64,000 bases of DNA, taken from a virus. Taxonomy: Duplodnaviria > Caudoviricetes. How positions within the stretch are numbered: position 1 is the stretch's first letter; each line of letters starts with the position of its first letter. Below the pieces are notes generated by a model. The model was not told the DNA's origin. It saw nothing but the letters and a program-made list of their open reading frames with translations, and did not search any database. This document shows positions 56,195 through 64,000 of the stretch, piece after piece. The DNA lies in IMG/VR virus record IMGVR_UViG_3300020037_004820. One strand, given 5' to 3'. The position numbers and the translations under genes are program-made.

Positions 56195-56613
56195 TGTACG
56201 TCTTTATCCCAAGTTAAGTCAATGCTTGTAGAACAATATATTGCATATGTTTTACCACCATCGGAGGAATATCTTCCATTAGTATCGTTAATGGTGCAAG
56301 TTATTCCAAGATCGTTAAAAGCAAATATAATAAAGATTCGAGGAATCTCGCGCAAAGCTAATGAAACTTCAGCATAATCGCTATAAAGCGTCTCATGCCA
56401 ACGTCCCTCTTTTGCTATAGCTCGTAATCTTGGTAAATATCTTGTGGCAAAACATTTAGCTAATTCTTGAAGATAAGTTAAAGACGGACCATTTTTCCAA
56501 GCATAAAATTTTTTATATTCTTCTGCTTCTCTTAGTCTTCGACTTTCCTGAGCTTTAGCCTTTCTGGCTTCATTTGTAAGAAGCCTAAGCTGCTCACCAA
56601 TGTTTTCAATCAT
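56191..56613 (-). CDS. hypothetical protein
   Basis: coupled ORF, RBS AGGAG. Confidence 0.5.
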   Translation of the reverse strand: MIENIGEQLRLLTNEARKAKAQESRRLREAEEYKKFYAWKNGPSLTYLQELAKCFATRYLPRLRAIAKEGRWHETLYSDYAEVSLALREIPRIFIIFAFNDLGITCTINDTNGRYSSDGGKTYAIYCSTSIDLTWDKDVQ

Positions 56614-56950
56614 TGATAACTCCTTTTATCAGTCGTTTAGAGCCATCATCTTTATTCCTCATGTTTTTCCCTATATGAAATCCATCACAGTACATACATT
56701 TATATATCGAAAACCATACTTCATATTTCTTCATCATAGATTGAGAGGCTTTAATAGCTTTCTCTTTTGTAGGATAACTTATTTTTTCTTTACCATCACT
56801 TCTAAAGTGACTTCGTTTACTAAAAACTCCAAAAATATTTCTATTTAGAACATTCTTTATAAATCTTTTTAGAGGCATCTGGTCTTTCATACAAAGACAA
56901 AAATTTCTAATATATTTATATATCTGATCTTTCTTTCCCATGCAGACCAC
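56606..56950 (-). CDS. hypothetical protein with YKCxYCxGFHIG zinc motif
   Basis: K..Y.T...A...A...YKC.YC.GFHIG. Confidence 0.55.
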   Translation of the reverse strand: MVCMGKKDQIYKYIRNFCLCMKDQMPLKRFIKNVLNRNIFGVFSKRSHFRSDGKEKISYPTKEKAIKASQSMMKKYEVWFSIYKCMYCDGFHIGKNMRNKDDGSKRLIKGVIND

Positions 56951-57110
56951 ATTCCCAACTTGCTTTTATTTCTTTTTGAAGAGACTCAGATTGTAGCTCG
57001 TTTACTTTTAACAAAAATTCTTTATCTGCAAGAAGTCTACGAATAGTTTTACCCATCATTAAAACTAATACAGACATTAGAATTAACATTAAGGATAATG
57101 CTGTAATCAT
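56916..57110 (-). CDS. small membrane protein
   Basis: N-terminal TM helix. Confidence 0.45.
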   Translation of the reverse strand: MITALSLMLILMSVLVLMMGKTIRRLLADKEFLLKVNELQSESLQKEIKASWECGLHGKERSDI

Positions 57111-57451
57111 GCCATGGCCTTTTTATTAGTCATAAAGGAATCCTTGAAAATATTTTCAAGAGATTCTCCTGCACTTGGCAACGGCATACCCGTTGCTTTA
57201 GCCATTTGCAAATTGTAGGAAACGACCCCTGTCAGCCAATTTGTTACATTTGAACAGACCTTTTGCACTTCTGCTTGAGGCGCTGCACAGATTAGAACCC
57301 CTAATATTTCTGTAAATGACCTGCATATATACTCAATTTTAGTAGCTTGGGAGTCGGATGGCCCGCAAACTTCTTCGGTCAATTCGAGTGATTTATATGC
57401 AAGTTTTTCAATAAGCGCATCGAGTTTATCATTATCTAGTTTTGCAGACAT
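57107..57451 (-). CDS. hypothetical protein
   Basis: RBS AAGGAG. Confidence 0.55.
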   Translation of the reverse strand: MSAKLDNDKLDALIEKLAYKSLELTEEVCGPSDSQATKIEYICRSFTEILGVLICAAPQAEVQKVCSNVTNWLTGVVSYNLQMAKATGMPLPSAGESLENIFKDSFMTNKKAMA

Positions 57452-57460
57452 TGTATCTCC

Positions 57461-57691
57461 TTATTTCGGGTCAACCCATATCGTAACATTATCAGGAGTT
57501 TCAACATACGGTTTAGTCATATCGACTGCCATCATATCTACTCCAATCAATCCACGAGCACGAGCTTCTTCAAACCAAATAGAAGCGTCCTGCTCACCTT
57601 GACCTTCATACCACTTTATAAATTCCATAACCTGGGATTTTGAGCGAAAACCTTTAATGATAAGGTCAAAGTTTTTTGTTTGTGCAGCCAT
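57461..57691 (-). CDS. hypothetical phage protein
   Basis: F..WYEGQGEQD motif. Confidence 0.55.
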   Translation of the reverse strand: MAAQTKNFDLIIKGFRSKSQVMEFIKWYEGQGEQDASIWFEEARARGLIGVDMMAVDMTKPYVETPDNVTIWVDPK

Positions 57692-57694
57692 ATT

Positions 57695-57838
57695 TTATCC
57701 TTGGAACATCCACCATCGGTCAAGTTGTTCATTAGTGTCAAAAATAGCACTTTCATATTTAATCTCTAAAATAGAGACATATTCTGGCAAGTTAGCTACC
57801 AAATCATCTACAATCTCATCCAATTTTGCTTTTTTCAT
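57695..57838 (-). CDS. small ORF missed by the track (47 aa)
   Basis: MKKAKLDEIVDDLVANLPEY...WWMFQG*, fills the gap between neighbours. Confidence 0.5.
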   Translation of the reverse strand: MKKAKLDEIVDDLVANLPEYVSILEIKYESAIFDTNEQLDRWWMFQG

Positions 57839-57848
57839 GAGTTATCCG

Positions 57849-58394
57849 TTACACAGCATCAAATGAGATGTCATCAATAGGATATAGAACTAGTGTAGAG
57901 TTCTTTTTGGAATTATATGTACCTTCGCTAGAGGGGTCCAAAAAGACCTCCTCGATAAGTTCAGCATTTTCATATATGAGCAGATGTCTTTCGGTTGCCC
58001 ATTCTAAACGTTTACAAAATGCATTAGCAACTGAAATGCCTACTCCAAAGCTCTGATAAGCATGGAACAATTTGGATTCACATTGACATGCGTGCAATTC
58101 TTCTAAAAGAAGACGTATTACTCGTTTACCTGCATCGGGATGCATCATACTATAATCAGGAATGTCATAAAAATTCATATAAATTGACCGATGTTCTTTA
58201 TCTATATGAATATCTGTATTAAAATGTCCGCGATTAATTGATAAGAAATTATCAATTGAAATCATTATCATTTGACGAACGCCATCACGTTTATAATTTG
58301 GGAGATACATTTCTGGACGCATTTTAACAGCGTCTAGCCCTTTAAGGACTTTAATCTCATGTTGAGGATATTGTTCGTAATCCATATCAGGCAT
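57849..58394 (-). CDS. stand-alone degenerate GyrB/ParE N-terminal GHKL domain
   Basis: Y....IKVLKGLDAV..RP.MY, IDN, MHP..G, LHA, GVGISVANA; ATG 58394 with RBS AAGGA. Confidence 0.8.
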   Translation of the reverse strand: MPDMDYEQYPQHEIKVLKGLDAVKMRPEMYLPNYKRDGVRQMIMISIDNFLSINRGHFNTDIHIDKEHRSIYMNFYDIPDYSMMHPDAGKRVIRLLLEELHACQCESKLFHAYQSFGVGISVANAFCKRLEWATERHLLIYENAELIEEVFLDPSSEGTYNSKKNSTLVLYPIDDISFDAV

Positions 58395-58427
58395 TTTATT
58401 TTTTCCTTTAGCAGATTGAATCTTAAA

Positions 58428-58453
58428 CGAAAAGGCGGCCAATTGGCCGCCTT
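58428..58453 (-). terminator. rho-independent terminator
   Basis: AAGGCGGCCAATTGGCCGCCTT palindrome with a T-rich tail on the - strand. Confidence 0.8.
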
Positions 58454-58469
58454 ATGTCATTCAATTATA

Positions 58470-58991
58470 TTACAGATCAATCGTGCCTTCCCACGGCGTC
58501 TGCAATTCGATTCCTTCTTTGGTAAGAACCAGCTTAACTCCATCACGGGCAAGCTCGTGATTTCCGTTTCGCAGATGACGATAAGTTGCCTTATCTCGCC
58601 AAGAAGGTGCAGCGTCGTAACAGAAATTCTCGATTTCTTCCAGAATGGCAAGAACTGCATTCTGATTTTCTTGAACAAAGACTGCAAGCTCACAGGGAGC
58701 ATTGGTCAACATATCGATGGCGCGCGAACGTCCACCCTTTTGCTCGGTATACGAGACAATGCGCTTCACGCTCTTATTGTACTTCGGCTCGAAAACCTGT
58801 CCATAAACAGGAACCTTATAATCTCCCTTGGAGAAGAAGTCCTTCGGACTGCAAAAAGCATATCCAAAGCGGACACTTCGGGTAGGGGAATTGCGATCAT
58901 TGTCCATTTGATACGCAACAGTAACTCGGCCAGAGCCCATACCAAAATAATGGAACTTGACACGATCCTCGAAAGTAACTTGATCACTCAT
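58470..58991 (-). CDS. hypothetical phage protein (GYAFCSPKD.F family)
   Basis: motif G.A.CS..D.F.K; higher GC; ATG 58991 with RBS AAGGA. Confidence 0.6.
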   Translation of the reverse strand: MSDQVTFEDRVKFHYFGMGSGRVTVAYQMDNDRNSPTRSVRFGYAFCSPKDFFSKGDYKVPVYGQVFEPKYNKSVKRIVSYTEQKGGRSRAIDMLTNAPCELAVFVQENQNAVLAILEEIENFCYDAAPSWRDKATYRHLRNGNHELARDGVKLVLTKEGIELQTPWEGTIDL

Positions 58992-59026
58992 GATTATTTC
59001 CTTTCCGGTGAAAAACCGGCTCACTC

Positions 59027-59227
59027 TCACTTACGTAATAGGTCCGGCCGAGCCTCTGTCAAGGGCTTTGTTGCCGATTTGCGTGTAGCCTTCAAAACTT
59101 CTCTAAGCTCTTTAATCTCTGTTTCACTTAATTCATGTTTAGTATGATTGCGTTTATGGAAAAATAAGTGAATAAATACACAAAGCGCAGAACATAAAAG
59201 AACATGAAAAACTATTTCAATTAGCAT
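59027..59227 (-). CDS. small membrane protein
   Basis: N-terminal TM helix, RBS AAGGA. Confidence 0.5.
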   Translation of the reverse strand: MLIEIVFHVLLCSALCVFIHLFFHKRNHTKHELSETEIKELREVLKATRKSATKPLTEARPDLLRK

Positions 59228-59241
59228 TGTTATTCCTTGTA

Positions 59242-59430
59242 TTAATCTAGCAGCAAACCGTATTGAGTAACTACTTCATCTGTAGCAGATTCTTTAATAA
59301 TAAAGGTCTGTCTTACACCTTTCTTTTCAGAAAGCTTTGATGCTATCGTTTGCAACTCTGTAAGAGAGTTCGATGTTCTCAAAATTTCTTCAGTCAGTTC
59401 GTTTATTAAAATATATTTAGCCTTGTCCAT
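59242..59430 (-). CDS. hypothetical protein
   Basis: RBS AGGAG. Confidence 0.5.
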   Translation of the reverse strand: MDKAKYILINELTEEILRTSNSLTELQTIASKLSEKKGVRQTFIIKESATDEVVTQYGLLLD

Positions 59431-59449
59431 ATATTGTCTCCTGTTATAA

Positions 59450-59965
59450 TTAGATAATTCCTTTTTGTTTCAAGATATTAAACGTAGACTCCAGTAGCTT
59501 CTGATCATTTTTGCAAAAATATGCAGTTTTTGTAGAAATAGCTGGAGCAATACCTGGACTCCATGTAATAGTAGGAGTGGTATCTATAACTGGTAAATTC
59601 GCAGGAATTGGCGGATTTGCGGGAGCTGGATTGATAGACGATATTATTTGTCCCCAAGTTTGAGCAGCAGGAACAATAATTGGATCTATAGGAGTATACG
59701 AAATATACTTTCCATTATCAGTTTTAGATATACGAGTAGGATCGTAATTCTTCATATATAAATGAACAAGAGATTTAATTCTAGAATGTTCAACTTGAAC
59801 AAATTCCTCTCCATATTTATTGACATAAACATCCGAATCATTAACATCTTCTGGTCGAAGATTTAGTTCACGGACTGCAACCGTAACATCCCATGCACTA
59901 AACGTAACTTTCTGTTCTATAAAAGTGTCGATTAGACCAATAACAGCTTCGTGTAAGTAATTCAT
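59450..59965 (-). CDS. hypothetical protein downstream of PARP
   Basis: FSAWDVT..VR winged-helix-like N-domain plus Pro-rich linker. Confidence 0.55.
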   Translation of the reverse strand: MNYLHEAVIGLIDTFIEQKVTFSAWDVTVAVRELNLRPEDVNDSDVYVNKYGEEFVQVEHSRIKSLVHLYMKNYDPTRISKTDNGKYISYTPIDPIIVPAAQTWGQIISSINPAPANPPIPANLPVIDTTPTITWSPGIAPAISTKTAYFCKNDQKLLESTFNILKQKGII

Positions 59966-59975
59966 TTATTTCCCT

Positions 59976-61226
59976 TTATTTGCACTCTAACAGGTGCGTT
60001 ATGTGTATTTGCTCATTTTTATAGACAATAAGCTCATCATGGTATAATCCACAATCACCAGCTCTTGCCCAAGTTGAATCATATCCAGAAGGTGGGGAAC
60101 CTGTTCTAGAAGGATTATACATTTTACCCATTGCAAAATTGCATATAAATAACCATCCACTTGGAGCAGTTGCTCCACCCCATCTACCAAATGTATATCC
60201 TAATGCTTTAGTTGATTGTACAGCGCCATAGACACCGTTACCAAACATTTTACCCGCAATATATGCGGTTGAAGGAGGAGAAACCTTCATACCTGATTTA
60301 AGAATACTTAGCAAGTTTGCTTCCGATGTACCATGGAATACTCTAGTCAAATTACCCAGAGTTTTACCTGATTTATCAAATGCGTCACTGTTATCTTTTA
60401 TATCAACGATATAAGCGTTCTTAATGCGAACATTATCATAACCATGAGATTTTCTCTTAGAATTTTCAAACCATTTATCAATTTCTTTGAAATCTGGATG
60501 AGAATTTTCTAGAGTGTCCAGCTTTACGTTGAATATTTGTTCTTCTACAGAAGAATCTACTTTACTTTCTTTAACAGAAGAAGTAAAAGATGTGTAGGAT
60601 GCTTCAAGCGAATCGAGCGTGTTAAGCTCTTGCATAAAATCCATAGAATCTACAAAGTGCTGAACTTTGGTCATACCAAAATCATGTGGTATAAGCATAA
60701 GATATCGATTTATCGCTGGTCCAAAATGCTCATCTTTTCCATTTTCTTTTTGAGCTTTTATAAGTGCCAAGAGATTTCTTGCTTCATCAATAGACGCTGG
60801 CGTAACAATGCCCAAAGGTGTACTGAATAGACCTGTATTTACGTCATACGTAATTTTCGTAGAAGACGTAATGTTATGAATATTAGACATTGCAAGTCGT
60901 TCAATTAGTTTTTCCAACTGAGGAGAACTAAATTGAATTTGCTTTTTAGCAACTTCTTTTACATCTGATACGACAGATACAGTTGTCTTATTTGATTCGA
61001 CAGCTATACCGTCAAATTCAATATAACCTTTCTTTTTCTTTTCTTTGATTTTTTTATCTAGAAAAGATTGACCGCCAGGAAAAGGACCTTCTGCTTGTCC
61101 AGCGTATCCAACTCGTCCATATAGAACAAAAACATTCCCATCATCGTGAAGGTCGGCATTCCAGAATTTATTATTGTTCCCATCTATATTGGAACAAATC
61201 ATTCTAACTGTTTTTGTTACTGCCAT
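59976..61226 (-). CDS. WGR-domain poly(ADP-ribose) polymerase (PARP-like ADP-ribosyltransferase)
   Basis: NNNKFW, YGRVG (WGR); TPLG, Y..LIPHDFG (regulatory domain); FHGT, GKMFGNGVY, STKALGY, GYDS, DELIVY (H-Y-E triad). Confidence 0.93.
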   Translation of the reverse strand: MAVTKTVRMICSNIDGNNNKFWNADLHDDGNVFVLYGRVGYAGQAEGPFPGGQSFLDKKIKEKKKKGYIEFDGIAVESNKTTVSVVSDVKEVAKKQIQFSSPQLEKLIERLAMSNIHNITSSTKITYDVNTGLFSTPLGIVTPASIDEARNLLALIKAQKENGKDEHFGPAINRYLMLIPHDFGMTKVQHFVDSMDFMQELNTLDSLEASYTSFTSSVKESKVDSSVEEQIFNVKLDTLENSHPDFKEIDKWFENSKRKSHGYDNVRIKNAYIVDIKDNSDAFDKSGKTLGNLTRVFHGTSEANLLSILKSGMKVSPPSTAYIAGKMFGNGVYGAVQSTKALGYTFGRWGGATAPSGWLFICNFAMGKMYNPSRTGSPPSGYDSTWARAGDCGLYHDELIVYKNEQIHITHLLECK

Positions 61227-61227
61227 A

Positions 61228-61698
61228 TTAAGGACGCACACCTTTTATAGAAAGGACCATATATTCAGAAGGATTATGTTGATCAACCATATGAATCCAA
61301 TTCAATTCTCTAGGATCAACTAAGCGAATCTGCTCTTCGTCGGAAGATATTTCTATAAAGTAATATCTTCCAAAGGAATCTTTGTCACCATTTGTATAAC
61401 CTGTTAGGACCCTTTCAGACCCATCTTTTTTATTAAAAGAAACAGTTATAATTTCGTTTACATTTTCTTCTAATACATTAGCAAGAGTAGTTTTGCTAAC
61501 ATTTTCCATAAGAGCATATCTAGGAAGAGACGTTCTATTTAGATCGACATATCCATAATCTTGATTAGCTTTTAAAGCTTCAATAAGAGATTTAGCTACA
61601 ATGTCTTTTGCAAGACCCATAGGATCTAACGCGACTTCGCATTTAGAAATAATTTCAATTTTATTGTCTTTATTCTTTTTCCAAATTTTTATCGTCAT
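61228..61698 (-). CDS. WYL_2/Sm-SH3-like protein
   Basis: TVSFNKKDGSERVL.G and R.VD.R...W motifs. Confidence 0.5.
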   Translation of the reverse strand: MTIKIWKKNKDNKIEIISKCEVALDPMGLAKDIVAKSLIEALKANQDYGYVDLNRTSLPRYALMENVSKTTLANVLEENVNEIITVSFNKKDGSERVLTGYTNGDKDSFGRYYFIEISSDEEQIRLVDPRELNWIHMVDQHNPSEYMVLSIKGVRP

Positions 61699-61765
61699 TG
61701 TCTTTTCCTTTTCTTGTTCGTGACGAAACAATGATTTTTCATTGTTTCCCAAGAAGAACTCATGA

Positions 61766-62185
61766 TTATTTCTCCGCAGGACCTTTAACTAAAGCCAATG
61801 TTCCAACAATTAGATCTCTAGTTCTTTTAATAGGAAAACCAAAAGTCAAAACTCCTACTAAAGATTCTAGTATTGTTCCAGAATATTCTTCTAAACGAGA
61901 ACCGGATTTCATGTTATTATAAACTTTACGTAATTGATCTTTTTCAAATTTAGAAAGTTCGATCACTCCTCTAGAATTTGAATTCAATATATAATCATTG
62001 ATATACCATAATGCTTTTTCAAGATCAACGTAAGTTGATCCTTTATAGGGAGCTCTACAAATATATTTTATAGCGTTACCTAAATCGAACGCAGCACGAT
62101 CTGTCAACAAATCGATAAGTTCTATTGTCTCTATTTTAATAGATTCTTGATTATAGTGAGATGGATGATTTACTTGTTCTGTCAT
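61766..62185 (-). CDS. DUF3310 / T7 gp1.7 nucleotide-kinase-like protein
   Basis: VNHPSHY, IE.I, F.LGNAIKYI.RA..KG...DL.KA.WYI. Confidence 0.85.
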   Translation of the reverse strand: MTEQVNHPSHYNQESIKIETIELIDLLTDRAAFDLGNAIKYICRAPYKGSTYVDLEKALWYINDYILNSNSRGVIELSKFEKDQLRKVYNNMKSGSRLEEYSGTILESLVGVLTFGFPIKRTRDLIVGTLALVKGPAEK

Positions 62186-62192
62186 TTTTACC

Positions 62193-62654
62193 TCAAGGCC
62201 AATCACAAACTGTCCAACTTATATCAGGATAATTTTGAGAAATTTCTAGCAAAACTTCTTCTGTCTTGTACCAAGGTACACCAAAAAGACCTGAGTTGAA
62301 TTTGTTCGAATATACATCCGACACCCCTAGCATACGCGCCATTTCGAATATGTCAAGCACGGCTGTTTTTGTAGAGGATATAATCTCATTTACAGAGTCA
62401 ACGTCTGATCCAAACGCATAGGACGTAAATAAACATCCAATGCGTCTATCAGAATCGTGTACCACAAGTCCTGTACCTAGTAAGGTTTTACCATCTCGTT
62501 CACAAATTGCTCTATATTGGGAGGCAGCTTCTGGGTATCTATCCCTGAACACTCTAGCTATTCCTGATCCCCAAACTCCTAAACAATTACAAGCATGTAC
62601 AAGCATTGCTTCTTTTGGAGCATCAAAGAGATCCATTTTCTTTATTTCAATCAC
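62193..62654 (-). CDS. macrodomain protein (Poa1p-like ADP-ribose hydrolase)
   Basis: DLF, LVHACNC.G.WG.GIA..F...YP, CLFTS..FG, KFNSGLFGVPW. Confidence 0.9.
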   Translation of the reverse strand: MIEIKKMDLFDAPKEAMLVHACNCLGVWGSGIARVFRDRYPEAASQYRAICERDGKTLLGTGLVVHDSDRRIGCLFTSYAFGSDVDSVNEIISSTKTAVLDIFEMARMLGVSDVYSNKFNSGLFGVPWYKTEEVLLEISQNYPDISWTVCDWP

Positions 62655-62986
62655 CAGTTTGTCCTTTTTATAGCTTCTAACAGTCTAGTGTGCACATCTT
62701 CTGTTCTATGTTCATCCCATTCTGGTCCACCTTCTTTTATAATTTTTTGAAATAAAGGTAGATATTTTTGTTCTACATGAAAACTTATTTGACCAGTATC
62801 TAAAACTAGACCAAGTATAGGCCATCCTGGTAAATGATGTCTCCAATACGCTCGATCTTTATAAGTTAAACATAATAATATAAATAACAGAGTTCTACTC
62901 TCGTAGAGTTCTCCAAATGTATGAAAACCATCACTTATAAGTGATGTATCAGTCTCTTCATTGATTAGATCATCTATTGTTATCAT
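62651..62986 (-). CDS. conserved phage protein (SDG.HTF.ELY...WD.H family)
   Basis: ISDGFHTFGELYESR, GQISFH, PEWDEH. Confidence 0.65.
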   Translation of the reverse strand: MITIDDLINEETDTSLISDGFHTFGELYESRTLLFILLCLTYKDRAYWRHHLPGWPILGLVLDTGQISFHVEQKYLPLFQKIIKEGGPEWDEHRTEDVHTRLLEAIKRTNW

Positions 62987-63264
62987 GGATAAATTACCAG
63001 TCCATCATATTGATTAAATGCTTTTAAAGCGAGAACTGCTTTGTTTTTGGCAACTTCAAAGGCAGCTTCTTCATATTGATTATACCCATCTGAATCAACA
63101 TAAAAATATTGGATAGATTTCCATTCTTGAGAGGTTTTCGTTTTTCTTAAAAACTTCTTTTTAGAAGTTACGGTCGTTAATTTTTGAAGAGAGAACATTG
63201 GATGAGGTCTATATTCTGATATTTCAAATACGACGCGATATACTGGTGATTTTTCTGTACTCAT
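62983..63264 (-). CDS. hypothetical protein
   Basis: ATGA-coupled ORF. Confidence 0.5.
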   Translation of the reverse strand: MSTEKSPVYRVVFEISEYRPHPMFSLQKLTTVTSKKKFLRKTKTSQEWKSIQYFYVDSDGYNQYEEAAFEVAKNKAVLALKAFNQYDGLVIYP

Positions 63265-63503
63265 AGTTTCACTATTGTTCCTTTTGTATTTATTGCTTGT
63301 TCAGTATCGGTTTCTTCATTGAAAGAAATTATAATAACTGGTATATTTAATTCTTTTGCTTTTTGAATAGAATCCCGTGTTCCATTTGATACGCCATTCC
63401 TTAACGAAGATGTACGCCCTGTTTGATGTTTGTATATACATTTTCTATCCATTCTATGAACTCCTTGTAGGACATATCTACTGCCTATCACACCAACTTT
63501 CAT
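63261..63503 (-). pseudogene. internally deleted SLOG (YspA/DUF2493-like) gene containing an HNH remnant
   Basis: MKVGVIGSR start and NG.S.GT..SI..AK...IPVIII end retained, core missing; the alternative frame 63478-63401 reads DMSYKEFIEWIENVY...*. Confidence 0.7.
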
Positions 63504-63925
63504 TAGTCTTTCTCAACAATCCACATATTAGGATCATTTCGTAAAAGAGCTATTACACTCTTCCATTTGTCATCAGGATTCATATCATTAGTTTCAGCTA
63601 ATGTATCAAATTGATGACGATTACAACCTGCCCAAATTCTAACATTTTCTGGAGGAAGTTCAGATTCTTTATCATAAGAAAATTCCTCAATTTCCGCAGA
63701 GTCGGGTTCGTAATACTCTGTCACTTCATTATAAATCGTCTGTCCAGTAATAGTTAATTGTTTTTTCTTACTTTGTTTTTGAACACGATTATATTCTTCA
63801 CAAAGAACTCCTAAACAACAGAACTTATATTCTCCATTTGCAATATACGCAAGTCTGCTGGTGCCTTTTGTCATAACACCTGATTCTAAAATATCTGCTA
63901 ATCTAAATGCTATTTCTTTTTTCAT
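63503..63925 (-). CDS. hypothetical phage protein (CCLGVLC family)
   Basis: FCCLGVLCE and LAE.ND motifs. Confidence 0.6.
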   Translation of the reverse strand: MKKEIAFRLADILESGVMTKGTSRLAYIANGEYKFCCLGVLCEEYNRVQKQSKKKQLTITGQTIYNEVTEYYEPDSAEIEEFSYDKESELPPENVRIWAGCNRHQFDTLAETNDMNPDDKWKSVIALLRNDPNMWIVEKD

Positions 63926-64000
63926 TAGGTTGCCTTTGTTATTATGTTGTTAACAATTTCAAGATGAACTGTTTTATTTTTATTAGTCTTTGAGGGATCA

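Noticed and set aside
58359-59147. 262-aa + strand ORF and other overlapping ORFs here
   Set aside because: Antisense shadow of GC-richer - strand genes that have RBSs and fit the local gene orientation.
1-64000. Stop-codon reassignment, tRNAs, CRISPR array, reverse transcriptase/DGR
   Set aside because: Core genes are full length in the standard code at high coding density. I saw no cloverleaf, repeat-spacer array or RT motif by eye; tRNAscan-SE and a CRISPR finder would be needed to be certain.

Overview
AT-rich segment of a large T4-like (myovirus-type, probably jumbo) phage genome, read in the standard code. 1-20 kb (+) is the virion module: prohead protease, a bS21 ribosomal protein homologue, scaffold, major capsid, neck, sheath, tube, hub/tail chaperone, tape measure and baseplate. 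21-31 kb (+) is the replication core: a minimal PolA-like protein, degenerate tubulin-like protein, gp32 SSB, UvsX, RNase H/FEN, helicase, adenine MTase and class II RNR. 31-54.7 kb (+) holds nucleotide metabolism (PurA, MazG, ThyX, dUTPase, IMPDH/GMPR), a full PolA, proteostasis/translation genes (GroES, GroEL, ClpP, GGQ release-factor domain) and three free-standing homing endonucleases. After a bidirectional terminator at 54.75 kb the genes switch to the - strand, an accessory region. Main observations: (1) a PARP1-like WGR-PARP clustered with a Poa1p-type macrodomain and a SLOG remnant, a candidate ADP-ribosylation writer/eraser module; (2) an unannotated -1 frameshift candidate (T TTT TTA) fusing gp26-like and gp51-like frames between tube and tape measure; (3) two unrelated homing endonucleases with the putative late-promoter motif CTAWTTA exactly 4 nt before their ATG, one next to a duplicated purA 5' end and one inside a perfect 26-bp palindrome; (4) a stand-alone, apparently inactive GyrB ATPase domain. 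All family assignments come from motif recognition by eye; no database searches were run.
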